From NCBI GenBank assembly GCA_963662285.2, contig CAXXMV010000006.1, positions 1,344,001-1,408,000 of the forward strand: a stretch of DNA of 64,000 nt. Reading direction: 5' to 3'. The notes below the pieces were generated by a model. That model was not told where the DNA came from. It did no database searches and saw only the letters and a list, made by a program, of their open reading frames with translations. The position numbers were made by a program, and so were the translations under genes. Numbering within the stretch: position 1 is the stretch's first letter; each line of letters begins with the position of its first letter. Origin of the DNA: a bacterium (GTDB lineage: Bacteria > Hinthialibacterota > Hinthialibacteria > Hinthialibacterales > Hinthialibacteraceae). Below are positions 39,904 to 49,730 of the stretch, in pieces.

Positions 39904-40776
39904 TCAAGGCCGCCAGTCGTCGACCATGGACTCAGAAGAAGATGGAGATTGCATGTCTTTTTCCATATCTTTATTTCCAATTGGTTGAATCTCCTTAGAG
40001 GGGATTGTACTTTCTTCTTTTTTCAATACCCAAGGCCGCCATACATCTTCAAAAGAAGATAGTACGTCAAATATGGGATTTAAGACATCACCTAATGATT
40101 CAGTTGCGTCGCGACCTTGGTCGGAGAGGTGGATAACTGATCCTAAATATTGCTTCTGTAATTGATGCGATAATTTATGGAGAAGTAATTTATAAACATC
40201 AGGATTGTCATAATGATTTATGATAGATTCGTGCAATGTTTTATAAAGATCTTCACCATCAAGGATTTCGGATTGCTTAATTTTATCTGAAGCGCTTTGA
40301 GATAATTCCAGCGCTTCGTCTTGCCTTTTCTGTACGCAATAGACCATAGCCAGAAGATGGGTTGTTAAGTAATGGAGTTGGATATCCACTTCAGGATATT
40401 TAAGATAGGGCGTGCGGCTTTCGATGGAAAGAGCTTTACGATAAACCGATTCAGCTTGATCAAATTTATCTAATAGTTGATAAAGTAAACCCAAATGGGT
40501 CAGGCTTTTAGCAATCCTAAGATTATCCTGCCCCAATAAATTTTTTAATATGTCCAAAGATTCTTTGAAATATGGCTCGGCTGTTTCATATTGTCCTAAC
40601 GCAAGAAGAAATACTCCCATGATTTTCTTGTTGAGCGCGTCATATTCGTTTGGATAGGGGTAATCTTCGGATTCTTTCAGCATTAATTGGTATGATTTCA
40701 TTGCTTCGTCATAATCACCCGCAAGGATTTTTAGTTCCCCATCTTTTTTGTATTGCATTATTCTTGCATAACTCAT
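39904..40776 (-). CDS. tetratricopeptide repeat protein
   Basis: ALNKKIMG...GQYETAEPYFKESL.I; AKSLTHLGLLY....FDQAE.VYRKAL.I. Confidence 0.8.
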   Translation of the reverse strand: MSYARIMQYKKDGELKILAGDYDEAMKSYQLMLKESEDYPYPNEYDALNKKIMGVFLLALGQYETAEPYFKESLDILKNLLGQDNLRIAKSLTHLGLLYQLLDKFDQAESVYRKALSIESRTPYLKYPEVDIQLHYLTTHLLAMVYCVQKRQDEALELSQSASDKIKQSEILDGEDLYKTLHESIINHYDNPDVYKLLLHKLSHQLQKQYLGSVIHLSDQGRDATESLGDVLNPIFDVLSSFEDVWRPWVLKKEESTIPSKEIQPIGNKDMEKDMQSPSSSESMVDDWRP

Positions 40777-41150
40777 TGGTAATCCTCCAAGCCTGATTAA
40801 GTCAATATAAAAGAAATATTGATAAGTATATTAACGCATAAAACCGCAAAATAATCTAGCGAAGTCTGGAATCCTTATTTATAGTATATTTCTTTAAGTG
40901 ATCAAAAAGGCAAGTTTCAATCCAATAATCTTTCTATGACTGGTTGGTTCTCAATTCCAATTATTACTCAAGTTATTTTACTAGTAGGTTTTAAGTCGTC
41001 TATGCATCAAATCGCGTCTAATCGTTAATCATGAAGAGAGCAATTGAGAGTATCTATAGGTCGTGGTAGGATGAAAATAATGGAAAATTTATTTGGTGAA
41101 TTACTGGCTGGTGTTAAAGGAGAGTAGTCCACCGGGAAATGGGATCAATT

Positions 41151-42512
41151 ATGAATAAAATATCACGCCGTGCATTTGTAAGGAAAACTTCAGTCGTGAC
41201 GGCTAGCGCCTTCGCTCTGCCATGCTTCGGTATTGCCAAGTCAGCTCAATCGGCCAATGGTAAATTGAATGTTGCTTTTATTGGCGTAGGCGGTAGAGGG
41301 TCAGCTAGTCTAGAAGGATGCGAGAGCGAAAATATCGTTGCTCTGTGTGACGTCAATCAGGATAGTTCCGCAAAAGGCGTTAACAAAAATCCTCAAGCCA
41401 AATTTTTCAAGGATTATCGGGTAATGATGGACAAGATGAGCAAGGAGATCGACGCGGTCTGCGTTGCGACGCCCGATCATTCACACTTTGCCGCAGCCAT
41501 GTCGGCCATGCAAAACGGGAAGCATGTATATGTGGAAAAACCTCTGGCCCATAATGTCTGGCAGCTCAGAACTCTTAAGAAGGCCGCTCGTTATTACAAA
41601 GTAATCAGCCAAATGGGCAACCAGGGTCATGCTACTGATGGCATCCGTTCCATTAAAGAATGGTATGATGCGGGTGTGTTGGGAGAGGTAAGAGAAATTC
41701 TGGCATGGTTTGATGGGCCTGATTTCAAGGGCAGTTATTTTGTTAAACCGGATCATTTTCCACCGGAAGCAATGCCAGTTCCTGAAACTTTGGATTGGGA
41801 TTTATGGCTTGGACCAGCTGCCAAGCGTCCATTTAATAAATGCTATGTACCGCGCACCTGGCGTGGATGGTATGACTTTGGCAATGCTGAATTAGGCGAC
41901 TGGGCCTGCCATACGCTGGATGCTCCGTTCTGGTCTTTGAATCCGGGAATGCCGAATATAATTAACGCCGATAAATGCTCAGGTGCTCCTGATGGCTTTA
42001 CGCCGGATCAATCCCTGATTCGTTTTGAATTTCCCGCCCAAGGGGATAAGCCTGCTGTTACACTTAAGTGGCATGATGGCGGCTTGAAGCCTGAATTACG
42101 CCCTGAATGGGGATTGGACAACTTACCAGGCAGCGGCATGATAATGATTGGCGATAAACTCTCACTGATGACTGGTGGACGTCCCAACGATCCAAAATTA
42201 TTACCCAATAAAGTATGGGAAGAATTTTCCAAAAATCCTCCCGAAAAAACCATACCCCGTATTGATGGCGGCCCCTGGGCTGAATGGTTGAGAGCCATTA
42301 AGGGTGATGGCCCCATGCCCGGATCGAACTTCGACTATTCCGCAGAACTGACCGAAATGACGTTGCTGGGTGTATTGGCTCAACGTTTCAACACGCGGAT
42401 CGAGTATGACGCCAAAGCCATGAAGGTAACTAACCAACCCAAACTGAATGCATATATCAATGAACCTGTTCGCGAGGGATGGGATTATGGTAAAGAGGTT
42501 TGGCAGGCTTAG
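41151..42512 (+). CDS. Tat-exported Gfo/Idh/MocA oxidoreductase
   Basis: SRRAFV leader, IGVGGRG, ATPDHSH, HVYVEKP, QMGNQGH, WDLWLGPA, WRGWYDFG...GDWACH. Confidence 0.92.
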   Translation: MNKISRRAFVRKTSVVTASAFALPCFGIAKSAQSANGKLNVAFIGVGGRGSASLEGCESENIVALCDVNQDSSAKGVNKNPQAKFFKDYRVMMDKMSKEIDAVCVATPDHSHFAAAMSAMQNGKHVYVEKPLAHNVWQLRTLKKAARYYKVISQMGNQGHATDGIRSIKEWYDAGVLGEVREILAWFDGPDFKGSYFVKPDHFPPEAMPVPETLDWDLWLGPAAKRPFNKCYVPRTWRGWYDFGNAELGDWACHTLDAPFWSLNPGMPNIINADKCSGAPDGFTPDQSLIRFEFPAQGDKPAVTLKWHDGGLKPELRPEWGLDNLPGSGMIMIGDKLSLMTGGRPNDPKLLPNKVWEEFSKNPPEKTIPRIDGGPWAEWLRAIKGDGPMPGSNFDYSAELTEMTLLGVLAQRFNTRIEYDAKAMKVTNQPKLNAYINEPVREGWDYGKEVWQA

Positions 42513-42551
42513 GCGCTCAGTTGATAAGAAAAGATAACCAATGATATAAAT

Positions 42552-42583
42552 AAGACAGGCGGGATGCGTTTCCCGCCTGTCTT
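42552..42583. terminator. terminator between convergent genes
   Basis: AAGACAGGCGGGA...TCCCGCCTGTCTT. Confidence 0.75.
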
Positions 42584-42609
42584 GCTGTAATGAATCTTGT
42601 GGAACCGTA

Positions 42610-42996
42610 TTAGTTATACTTAATCTCAATGTGTTTTGGTTTGGCCTCTTCGATTTTGGGAAGAGTAATATTCAAAACCCCATGTTTAAGCGCCGCTGTG
42701 ATATGCTCTGTATCAACCTTATCGGATAATTCGAATCGTCTCTGATAGTTCACCAGTTCAAATTCTGTATATACCCGGTCGCCGCTAAAAGCGGATTGCG
42801 CTTTGCCTTCAATGGTAAGAATTCCATCTTTTACATCGACGGACATGGATTCCTGATTCACTCCCGGCATATCGGCCTTGATCGTGAAGGCATCCTTGTC
42901 TTCCAATATATCCACTGGAGGAGCAACGTATCTTGCCGCTGCTTTTCCATCGGTTAGTGCGTTTTGATCTGCAATCGTCTTGGTTATTCCAAACAT
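42610..42996 (-). CDS. small heat shock protein (Hsp20)
   Basis: PPVDILE......ADMPGV...YQRRFEL...VD...I.A.LKHGVL.I.LPK....KPKHIEI. Confidence 0.92.
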   Translation of the reverse strand: MFGITKTIADQNALTDGKAAARYVAPPVDILEDKDAFTIKADMPGVNQESMSVDVKDGILTIEGKAQSAFSGDRVYTEFELVNYQRRFELSDKVDTEHITAALKHGVLNITLPKIEEAKPKHIEIKYN

Positions 42997-43034
42997 GATT
43001 CTTGCCTCCAATTAAGTTTTTCGCTTATCAATCT

Positions 43035-43493
43035 TTAAGAAATTTTTACTGCAATAGACATTGGTTTGGTCTTTTCCGCTTTCGATAACCCGATCAGCAG
43101 AATACCGTTTTTGTACTGAGCTTCAGCCTTTTGGGCATCTACGTCTGCAGGCAGTTTAATTGTTCTGACAAACTTGCCTTTGGAGCGTTCTGTACGAAGA
43201 GAATTGTCTGCGTTTTGTTGGTGATTAGATTCTGTTTCTCCTGAGATCGATAGAACATTATCGGTTAATGTGACCTCAATCTTTTCGGGATCAATGCCCG
43301 GCGCCACCGCTTCAACATACAATTTCTCTTCATTGTTGTAGATGTTTATTTTTGGATAACTTGATGCAACAGGTCTGGATGCAAACGCATTCGCCATACG
43401 GTTATGGTTATTGACTTTGCATGCTGAGTTAAACATGCGGTTAATTTCGTTGCTCAGAATATCTAGTTCTAAGAATGGATTATTGTAAGTCAT
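43035..43493 (-). CDS. small heat shock protein (Hsp20)
   Basis: YPKINIY...APGIDPE...ER..GKFVRTIKLP..VD.....A.YKNGIL. Confidence 0.92.
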   Translation of the reverse strand: MTYNNPFLELDILSNEINRMFNSACKVNNHNRMANAFASRPVASSYPKINIYNNEEKLYVEAVAPGIDPEKIEVTLTDNVLSISGETESNHQQNADNSLRTERSKGKFVRTIKLPADVDAQKAEAQYKNGILLIGLSKAEKTKPMSIAVKIS

Positions 43494-43581
43494 TTTTTTT
43501 GTACCCCCTTGGGTATTATTTTCTGTTTTATTCTGTTTGTTTTTGTGTGCGTACGCTTAATAACTACATCAACACATTAAC

Positions 43582-43596
43582 ACAAAATACGTGCCA
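43582..43596 (-). promoter_or_regulatory. possible sigma54 (-24/-12) promoter of the hsp20 pair
   Basis: Minus strand TGGCAC-GTATT-TTGT versus consensus TGGCAC-N5-TTGC, about 90 nt upstream of the start. Confidence 0.45.
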
Positions 43597-43706
43597 TTTA
43601 TGTAAGTTAAGTATTCGTAGAGGTATGAGTACAAATGAGCTGGTTTTTAGGGTGTGTCGTTTTGGCGCGAATTATACTTTCTTGAGTCGAAAGGATAGTG
43701 TGTGGC

Positions 43707-43747
43707 ATACAAAAATCCCTCTCCGTTAAGAAGAGGGATTTTTGTAT
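43707..43747 (-). terminator. terminator after the large CotH/lamin-tail gene
   Basis: ATACAAAAATCCCTCT...AGAGGGATTTTTGTAT. Confidence 0.75.
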
Positions 43748-43782
43748 TGCGGTCTTTATAGAATATAGATTTTAATGATTTT

Positions 43783-46700
43783 TTAATAAACCATCCAGAT
43801 ATCAATGCTGGTAGTTTCGGCGCCGGGAGAGGGCGCCGCGGCTATCCAATTTGCAGGATCGTTGCCTGATCGTTCTGCCGATAACCTTTGCAATGACATG
43901 CCTTGGCCTGATGCTTCAATCGGCCAGGGCGCCGCATGAAAATAAATCGCTTCGTCGATTATGTTCCATGAGATGTTCCCGCCTTCATCGGTTAATACAA
44001 CTGATTGAGGTTTTTCCAGAGCGATCCGTTCGCCTTTGTTGGATAACTTACCTTCATAAGGTCCAAGAATAGTAATGCTCGAATCTACTATACCAAATTT
44101 TGTATAGAATAAATCTAATGAATTTTGATCGGTTGGATCGAAATCTACTATAAGCAGTTGCTCTCCGGGAGCTAGTGATACGCTATCGGGGAAAGTGAAG
44201 CCTATTCCGCCGTCAATGCGCCAGGGGCCATTCTGGTTTTGCAATTCTACTACCTTATCAATTGGATTCATTAGTTCAATAAATTCTCCAATTGGAATAT
44301 CCGCCGAGTCAACCGTCCCGGTATAATACATGATCTCATTGATGATTATGTCAGGATTGCCAGGAGCGTTGGCTTGATTTTTAGTAAGAGGCATTGCCAC
44401 CAGGAAGGGGTTGCCATCTTCGAAACGTCCCAAAGAACGATCAGTAATTTGCGCCTTAAAAGATACTGCATCGACCACCCGGTCTACGCCGGATTGGCCT
44501 GGCAGGTAAGAGAGATATAAGGATTCTCCATCTTTGCTTAGCCCAAATCCACTGCCGGATGGATTGTTGAAATCAGTTAATTCATTGAAAGTGATAAAAC
44601 CTCCAGCCGGGATTTCGATAGCGGGAAGCGCCCATTTGCGCAGGTCGCTATCATCATCACTGAGATGCCAGTCGCCCAGGTGGATGGTTGATGAAGAATT
44701 ATTGTATAACTCAATCCAGTCGTTTGTTGAAGCATCCTCTGATGAAGAAGAATTGGCCAGAAATTCGTTGATCACTATACTGGATAGACGATTTGCATCC
44801 GGTGATCCCGGAGAACCACCGAGAGCGAAACTGGTTTGCCAGTTGCCGCCGTAATCCAGAGAACCATCTTGCTGAGTGGGAATAGCGCTGGTAATGGGAA
44901 CCAGGGAATGTCCGGCGCCGTCAGCTGCGATAGGCCAACCTCTTCCATCGCTATAGTTGAATGATATGACGTCCTGATTATCCACTATTGTCGAAAGGGT
45001 GATTTGTTCTCCAGAGTTGGATAATTTACCGGAGTATGGTCCGATGATTGTGGTTGAAGCATCCAACCCGTAGTATTCTCTAAAAGCGTTGATGGCCTCA
45101 GTATTTTCAGCCAGGGAAACCAGGATATAACCATTAGCTGGAATGTGAACGCCATTATTGATAATCATCTCTATGCCGTTGGTGAATGACAGTCCGTTGA
45201 GCGATAGATCGGAGGTTGGATGGGTGTTATGTAATTCGATGAATTCAAAGTCGCCGTTATCAGCCGGGTTGTACATCACCTCAGTGATGCGTAGATTTTC
45301 CGCAATAGACGCAACGCTGGATGGCTGTGATTTAACCATAAACGAAGCTTGATTCAAAGCGCTCCAATCACCGTTTAAGAAGGTGCGCGCTTTGACGGTG
45401 GAGTTTTCGGTGATCAGCACTGCACTATCAAAGAGTTTGGCTGATTGGGTGTTGATGGCGCCATCTACCATACGAGGATCTGATCCATCCAACGTGTAAT
45501 AGATTGGAATCACAAGCGGCTCGTCTTTAGGTTTAGGTTGGGATGAGTTAAGCGATAAGCCGAATACTATGTCGCTGCTGGTTGCGTTAACCTGGTGAAC
45601 TTCTACCGCAATAATGTTTTGCCCTTTTTGCAGTAGTTCTTTGGGGATGATGAATGGACCCTCATATTGTGCGTTGGTTATGGTCAGGTTGGCGAAGGTT
45701 GAATAATCAACGGCGCCGCCTGACATGTGTACGCGCAGCGCTTCAATGCCATTTATATAAACGATTAGTCCGTCATCAACAAAAGTATTAATTTCGAAAG
45801 TACTCAAGTCTAGATCAATGTCATTTGAAATAATGAATTCCTTGCGGAAATAGTAGGTAACTTGACCTATTTGTAATTCAGTGTTCTTTTGCGCCTCCAA
45901 TGCTGTGTTTTCATGATAAAGCAGCGCTTTGCCGGATGGCCATTGAGCATCGTCATAGTCTGGATTCCTCCATGTTATACCCAAATCACTGCCGGATTGT
46001 TCGTATTTCCATGAATCATCGATTTTAATAATCGGAGTCGTAATCATCTCTTGATCTATGGATTCTTCCAGGGTCATTTTTAAGTCAAAATTGTATTCGA
46101 CTATTCCGCCATGTTGGTTGAAGGATGGCGCTGGAATGCCGGGGTAGTAACCGGCGGTTTTCAGCTGGTTTAATACGTTGGTCGTTCTGACCGGGAAATA
46201 TGTTGTCAGCAGACGATTGGTTTCTTTCAACCATTCATTATCGCGCGTCTTGGGGCTTCCTCCACTGACGTCTCCCCAACGGGCCGATTCTCCCACCATG
46301 GGGCGATACATAATATCTACTAGTTTTTGGTATCGCGCGGTTGCGGCGGTAGTTGTCAGGCCGCCGTCATTAAAGAAATGTTGGTGGATGCGGTCAGCCA
46401 ACCGCATTTTGAATTTCTGACTGGACATCAGTTTCAGGAAAATAAACGAGGGATCGTCGTATCCCTTGGTATGGAAGGTAATCACATTCCTGTCAGGTTC
46501 TTCGAGGGTCCACTCGGAATCCCAGCAGAAGAAATGGAAGCCGGCGCCCGGTTGCCGACGCCGGTTGGAGTAGAAATTCCAGGGCGTCCCGCCTCCACCG
46601 ATGACCGTAGGCGCATCACGGTTGCCGGTGAAATAAATGACCAACATGTAATCAATTAAACTATCGATATCTACATATTGCTGGATGGCTTCATATTTCG

Positions 46701-49371
46701 AGTCATCCTGGAATCCGCCAGCCCGGGCTAGAGTCATCATTGCGTTCCAGGCGTCTTTGTTTCCTGCTTTGACCTGGGTGGCGTTGATGCCTCGCGTGCC
46801 GCTGGTTACAACGTCGTATTCTTCTTTTTCGCCGCCAAAATATTCCGCGCCGAATCCATCATCAGGACGTTCGCAGAGGTCATATACTCCCCAATATAAT
46901 CCGTTCAAATATAGATGAACGAATCGTCCATGCGATGCGGCCTGTCCGGTGCTTAATTGGCAGCGCCGCGAGAATTCATCGCGTAGATAATCGGCGCGGG
47001 CTATGTTGCTGCCAAAACCGCCTTCGCCGCCATGCCAGGTGTAGTTATAGCCGCCGCGCAGCACCAGTTGATCGAATTTATCTACTGAAGAGTCGTCAAA
47101 CATTTGGTAGCGTAGCGTAGCGGGGCCATAGTCGCGCTTAAACAACATACGGAATGAATGCTTTTTTTTATCTGACGAGCGGCTGTAACCGCCTTGGATG
47201 CGGATGCCATTGTTGATCTGGAATCCTGGCTGGCTGTCGTCGGAGAAGAAAAATTCTGTAGAACTTGGTCGTTCCCAGGCTACGCCTTTGTTGTCGGTGT
47301 GAAGATAGATGCCAGTTCTGGAATCAAATAAATTACCGGGATCTGTGACAATTGACATGATAGGCAGCGACTTCATGTCGTCTTTGATGGCATCACGGTA
47401 ACTTGAATTATTAACCACGTCGGGATCGATGTCATAATCAGCATTGACGCCGCCGCCCCATTTTGCGGGGTAACTATCATGGCGTTTTTGGATCAACACG
47501 TCGTCCAGGAAAATATAGGTTTGGGTATTGATATCTCCCGGTTCATAGTCTGGTTTGATGACCCTGGCTCGAAGGGGCGTTGTTTTGCTGATGAGAATCG
47601 GTTGGGAATAAATCGTTCCATTTTCCATTGATGGTTCTGAGCCGTCGGTGGTGAAACGTATGATGTCCTGATCATCTGTAGTGGTTAATTGAAGATTGAA
47701 TGGATCATCACAAAAGCTATGTTTATGACTGAATTGAACCTGGTTGACGAAACCGATAACGCCTTCGCCATTGATTGATCCCGGTGTTGGTGGATTGAAA
47801 AAGCGTGGTTGATCTTTCAGAACGGCTATACCGGATAATTCAGCCTGGATCAGAAATTCCTCATCATCAATGGCATGGTTAAAGCCCTGAATGGCTAGAA
47901 GATTAGCGCCAGTTTTTAAAAGAGCGGCAGCGTTTACCAAAGATATTTCTTCCAAGGCCAGTGATTCGGAGATAGAGCGGGGCGCCGGAGCGGTGGAATC
48001 CCATGCGGCATTATCGGGCGCATTGCGTGATGCGATTTTCTGTCCATTCAAATAAGCGATGAAGCCGTCGTTATACCGCATGCGCAACAGAAGGTTGTAG
48101 TCTAGTGCGGCGTCATCAACTTCAAACGGGATGCGTAGTAAGGCGGAAGACGCCTTATCTTTCATAGTTGTTTGCATATCCCGGCCGATCAAAGAACTGA
48201 AACCTTCAAGACCAAGACCGCCGGAATCGCCAACTAATCTAAAACGGGATGATTGGAATGAAGAGTACTGTCCTTTAGCGGCGAACAGTTCAACTTCCGC
48301 GCCGCCATTGAGCTCGAAAAAAATAAGTTCGACGAGATGGCCCCCAGCGGAAAGATTGACTGAGGCGAAAGTATCCTGAGCGCCATGAGTCGTGTTATCA
48401 ACAATAACGTCTTTTCCATCAATGCGCAGTTGAGCTCCGTCATCAGAATTGATGCCGAATGTCCAGGCGCCCGTTTCGGGGATTACTATATCAGCTGTGG
48501 CGTGTAGAACGAAATTGTTGGCGTCCTCACTCGCCGTTTGACCGGGGAATGGAGAGTTATCGGTGAAATGACCATCTTCCTGGTTGTCCATGTAATTTAT
48601 TACGTTTGTTGTTTCGGAAGAGATGCCGATTTGCAGGTTAGGATCGTTAATAACTTTTATAGCTGTATCTAGATTTATGACGTTGGTATTGGATAGATAA
48701 ACCGTTACTGTAAATTCACCGCTGGTAGTTCCATAACCGACGCCGAGAGTTGTTTCATCCCAACTAGAATGGTTGAAATTTGGATCAATCCACGATTGGC
48801 CGAGTGAATCATCGCTTGGAACCAAGACGCGTATGGGTGATGAAGCTGAGATGAATGAAAATATTTTGGCTTTTTCACCATAGGAGAAACCATCTTTAGG
48901 CGTGTTCTGATCAGGATAGGGAGCGTATTGATGTATGATGGTCTGGCCGTCTGAGTGGATTAAAGCCAGGTTTTCTCCGGCTGGATCGAGGCGGAAATTG
49001 GTATGCAAAGGTTGATTCGCTTCAGCACGGTCTTTGCCTGATGCAAAGACCAACAGAAATTTTCCCGGTTCAAGGATTACTGTTGGAAAGGTCCACAAGG
49101 TTGGATTTCCAGGATCGTCTGATAGATGCCAACCTTTAAGATTGGCGGTTTCTGATCCGGCGTTAAATATTTCTATCCAGTCTGGATAATCTCCATCTTC
49201 ATCGGCGTAAGTACGGTTGCCATCCGCCATGAATTCTGATATTCGAATATCGTAGTTCATATCTTGAGCAAAAGAGTAAGATGTGAAGCAGAGGATTAGC
49301 AGAAGCGCTGGTAAAACTTTCCTGGCAACGCTGGATTTGTTTTTATCATAAATAAAGTAATTCATTCTCAT
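43783..49371 (-). CDS. large secreted multidomain protein: lamin-tail domains (about 4), PA14, chitobiase-like Ig, CotH kinase, C-terminal W-x-x-Y tag
   Basis: Repeated 'I.E.......DWIELYN....L.GW.LSDD' lamin-tail units, 'TFGINSDDGAQLRIDG' PA14, 'YYTLDGSDP', CotH core 'HLYLNGLYWGVYDLCER...WDSE'. Ends ETTSIDIWMVY*. Confidence 0.88.
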   Translation of the reverse strand: MRMNYFIYDKNKSSVARKVLPALLLILCFTSYSFAQDMNYDIRISEFMADGNRTYADEDGDYPDWIEIFNAGSETANLKGWHLSDDPGNPTLWTFPTVILEPGKFLLVFASGKDRAEANQPLHTNFRLDPAGENLALIHSDGQTIIHQYAPYPDQNTPKDGFSYGEKAKIFSFISASSPIRVLVPSDDSLGQSWIDPNFNHSSWDETTLGVGYGTTSGEFTVTVYLSNTNVINLDTAIKVINDPNLQIGISSETTNVINYMDNQEDGHFTDNSPFPGQTASEDANNFVLHATADIVIPETGAWTFGINSDDGAQLRIDGKDVIVDNTTHGAQDTFASVNLSAGGHLVELIFFELNGGAEVELFAAKGQYSSFQSSRFRLVGDSGGLGLEGFSSLIGRDMQTTMKDKASSALLRIPFEVDDAALDYNLLLRMRYNDGFIAYLNGQKIASRNAPDNAAWDSTAPAPRSISESLALEEISLVNAAALLKTGANLLAIQGFNHAIDDEEFLIQAELSGIAVLKDQPRFFNPPTPGSINGEGVIGFVNQVQFSHKHSFCDDPFNLQLTTTDDQDIIRFTTDGSEPSMENGTIYSQPILISKTTPLRARVIKPDYEPGDINTQTYIFLDDVLIQKRHDSYPAKWGGGVNADYDIDPDVVNNSSYRDAIKDDMKSLPIMSIVTDPGNLFDSRTGIYLHTDNKGVAWERPSSTEFFFSDDSQPGFQINNGIRIQGGYSRSSDKKKHSFRMLFKRDYGPATLRYQMFDDSSVDKFDQLVLRGGYNYTWHGGEGGFGSNIARADYLRDEFSRRCQLSTGQAASHGRFVHLYLNGLYWGVYDLCERPDDGFGAEYFGGEKEEYDVVTSGTRGINATQVKAGNKDAWNAMMTLARAGGFQDDSKYEAIQQYVDIDSLIDYMLVIYFTGNRDAPTVIGGGGTPWNFYSNRRRQPGAGFHFFCWDSEWTLEEPDRNVITFHTKGYDDPSFIFLKLMSSQKFKMRLADRIHQHFFNDGGLTTTAATARYQKLVDIMYRPMVGESARWGDVSGGSPKTRDNEWLKETNRLLTTYFPVRTTNVLNQLKTAGYYPGIPAPSFNQHGGIVEYNFDLKMTLEESIDQEMITTPIIKIDDSWKYEQSGSDLGITWRNPDYDDAQWPSGKALLYHENTALEAQKNTELQIGQVTYYFRKEFIISNDIDLDLSTFEINTFVDDGLIVYINGIEALRVHMSGGAVDYSTFANLTITNAQYEGPFIIPKELLQKGQNIIAVEVHQVNATSSDIVFGLSLNSSQPKPKDEPLVIPIYYTLDGSDPRMVDGAINTQSAKLFDSAVLITENSTVKARTFLNGDWSALNQASFMVKSQPSSVASIAENLRITEVMYNPADNGDFEFIELHNTHPTSDLSLNGLSFTNGIEMIINNGVHIPANGYILVSLAENTEAINAFREYYGLDASTTIIGPYSGKLSNSGEQITLSTIVDNQDVISFNYSDGRGWPIAADGAGHSLVPITSAIPTQQDGSLDYGGNWQTSFALGGSPGSPDANRLSSIVINEFLANSSSSEDASTNDWIELYNNSSSTIHLGDWHLSDDDSDLRKWALPAIEIPAGGFITFNELTDFNNPSGSGFGLSKDGESLYLSYLPGQSGVDRVVDAVSFKAQITDRSLGRFEDGNPFLVAMPLTKNQANAPGNPDIIINEIMYYTGTVDSADIPIGEFIELMNPIDKVVELQNQNGPWRIDGGIGFTFPDSVSLAPGEQLLIVDFDPTDQNSLDLFYTKFGIVDSSITILGPYEGKLSNKGERIALEKPQSVVLTDEGGNISWNIIDEAIYFHAAPWPIEASGQGMSLQRLSAERSGNDPANWIAAAPSPGAETTSIDIWMVY

Positions 49372-49730
49372 TAATACGTTTCCTTATCTGAATATAAAAA
49401 TAGAGGATTAGAATCTAATCGATTCATAATATTCGTATATTTACAATATAGTATGGATACAACGATCCTGTCCCACAATATTGAGTTGTACTTTAGTATA
49501 TTTATTAATTCTGATAAATGAATCGATAGAATGATGTGAACTATATTAGAAGGATTTTTAAGACTAAAAGAGTAGAGACATAATTTGCAGATTTTAGGAT
49601 TATGTAAAATTTTAATACAAGAAAAAATAGATTTGTTATCATTTAACTATCGTATAAAAAGCAAGAACTGTTAGAATATAGGTAATAGTATATTATCAGG
49701 AAACTTATTTGGACTTGTTGAAATTAATCA

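Noticed and set aside
39904-39940. TPR protein end SMVDDWRP* as a seventh tag
   Set aside because: Lacks the final aromatic residue and the protein has no signal peptide.
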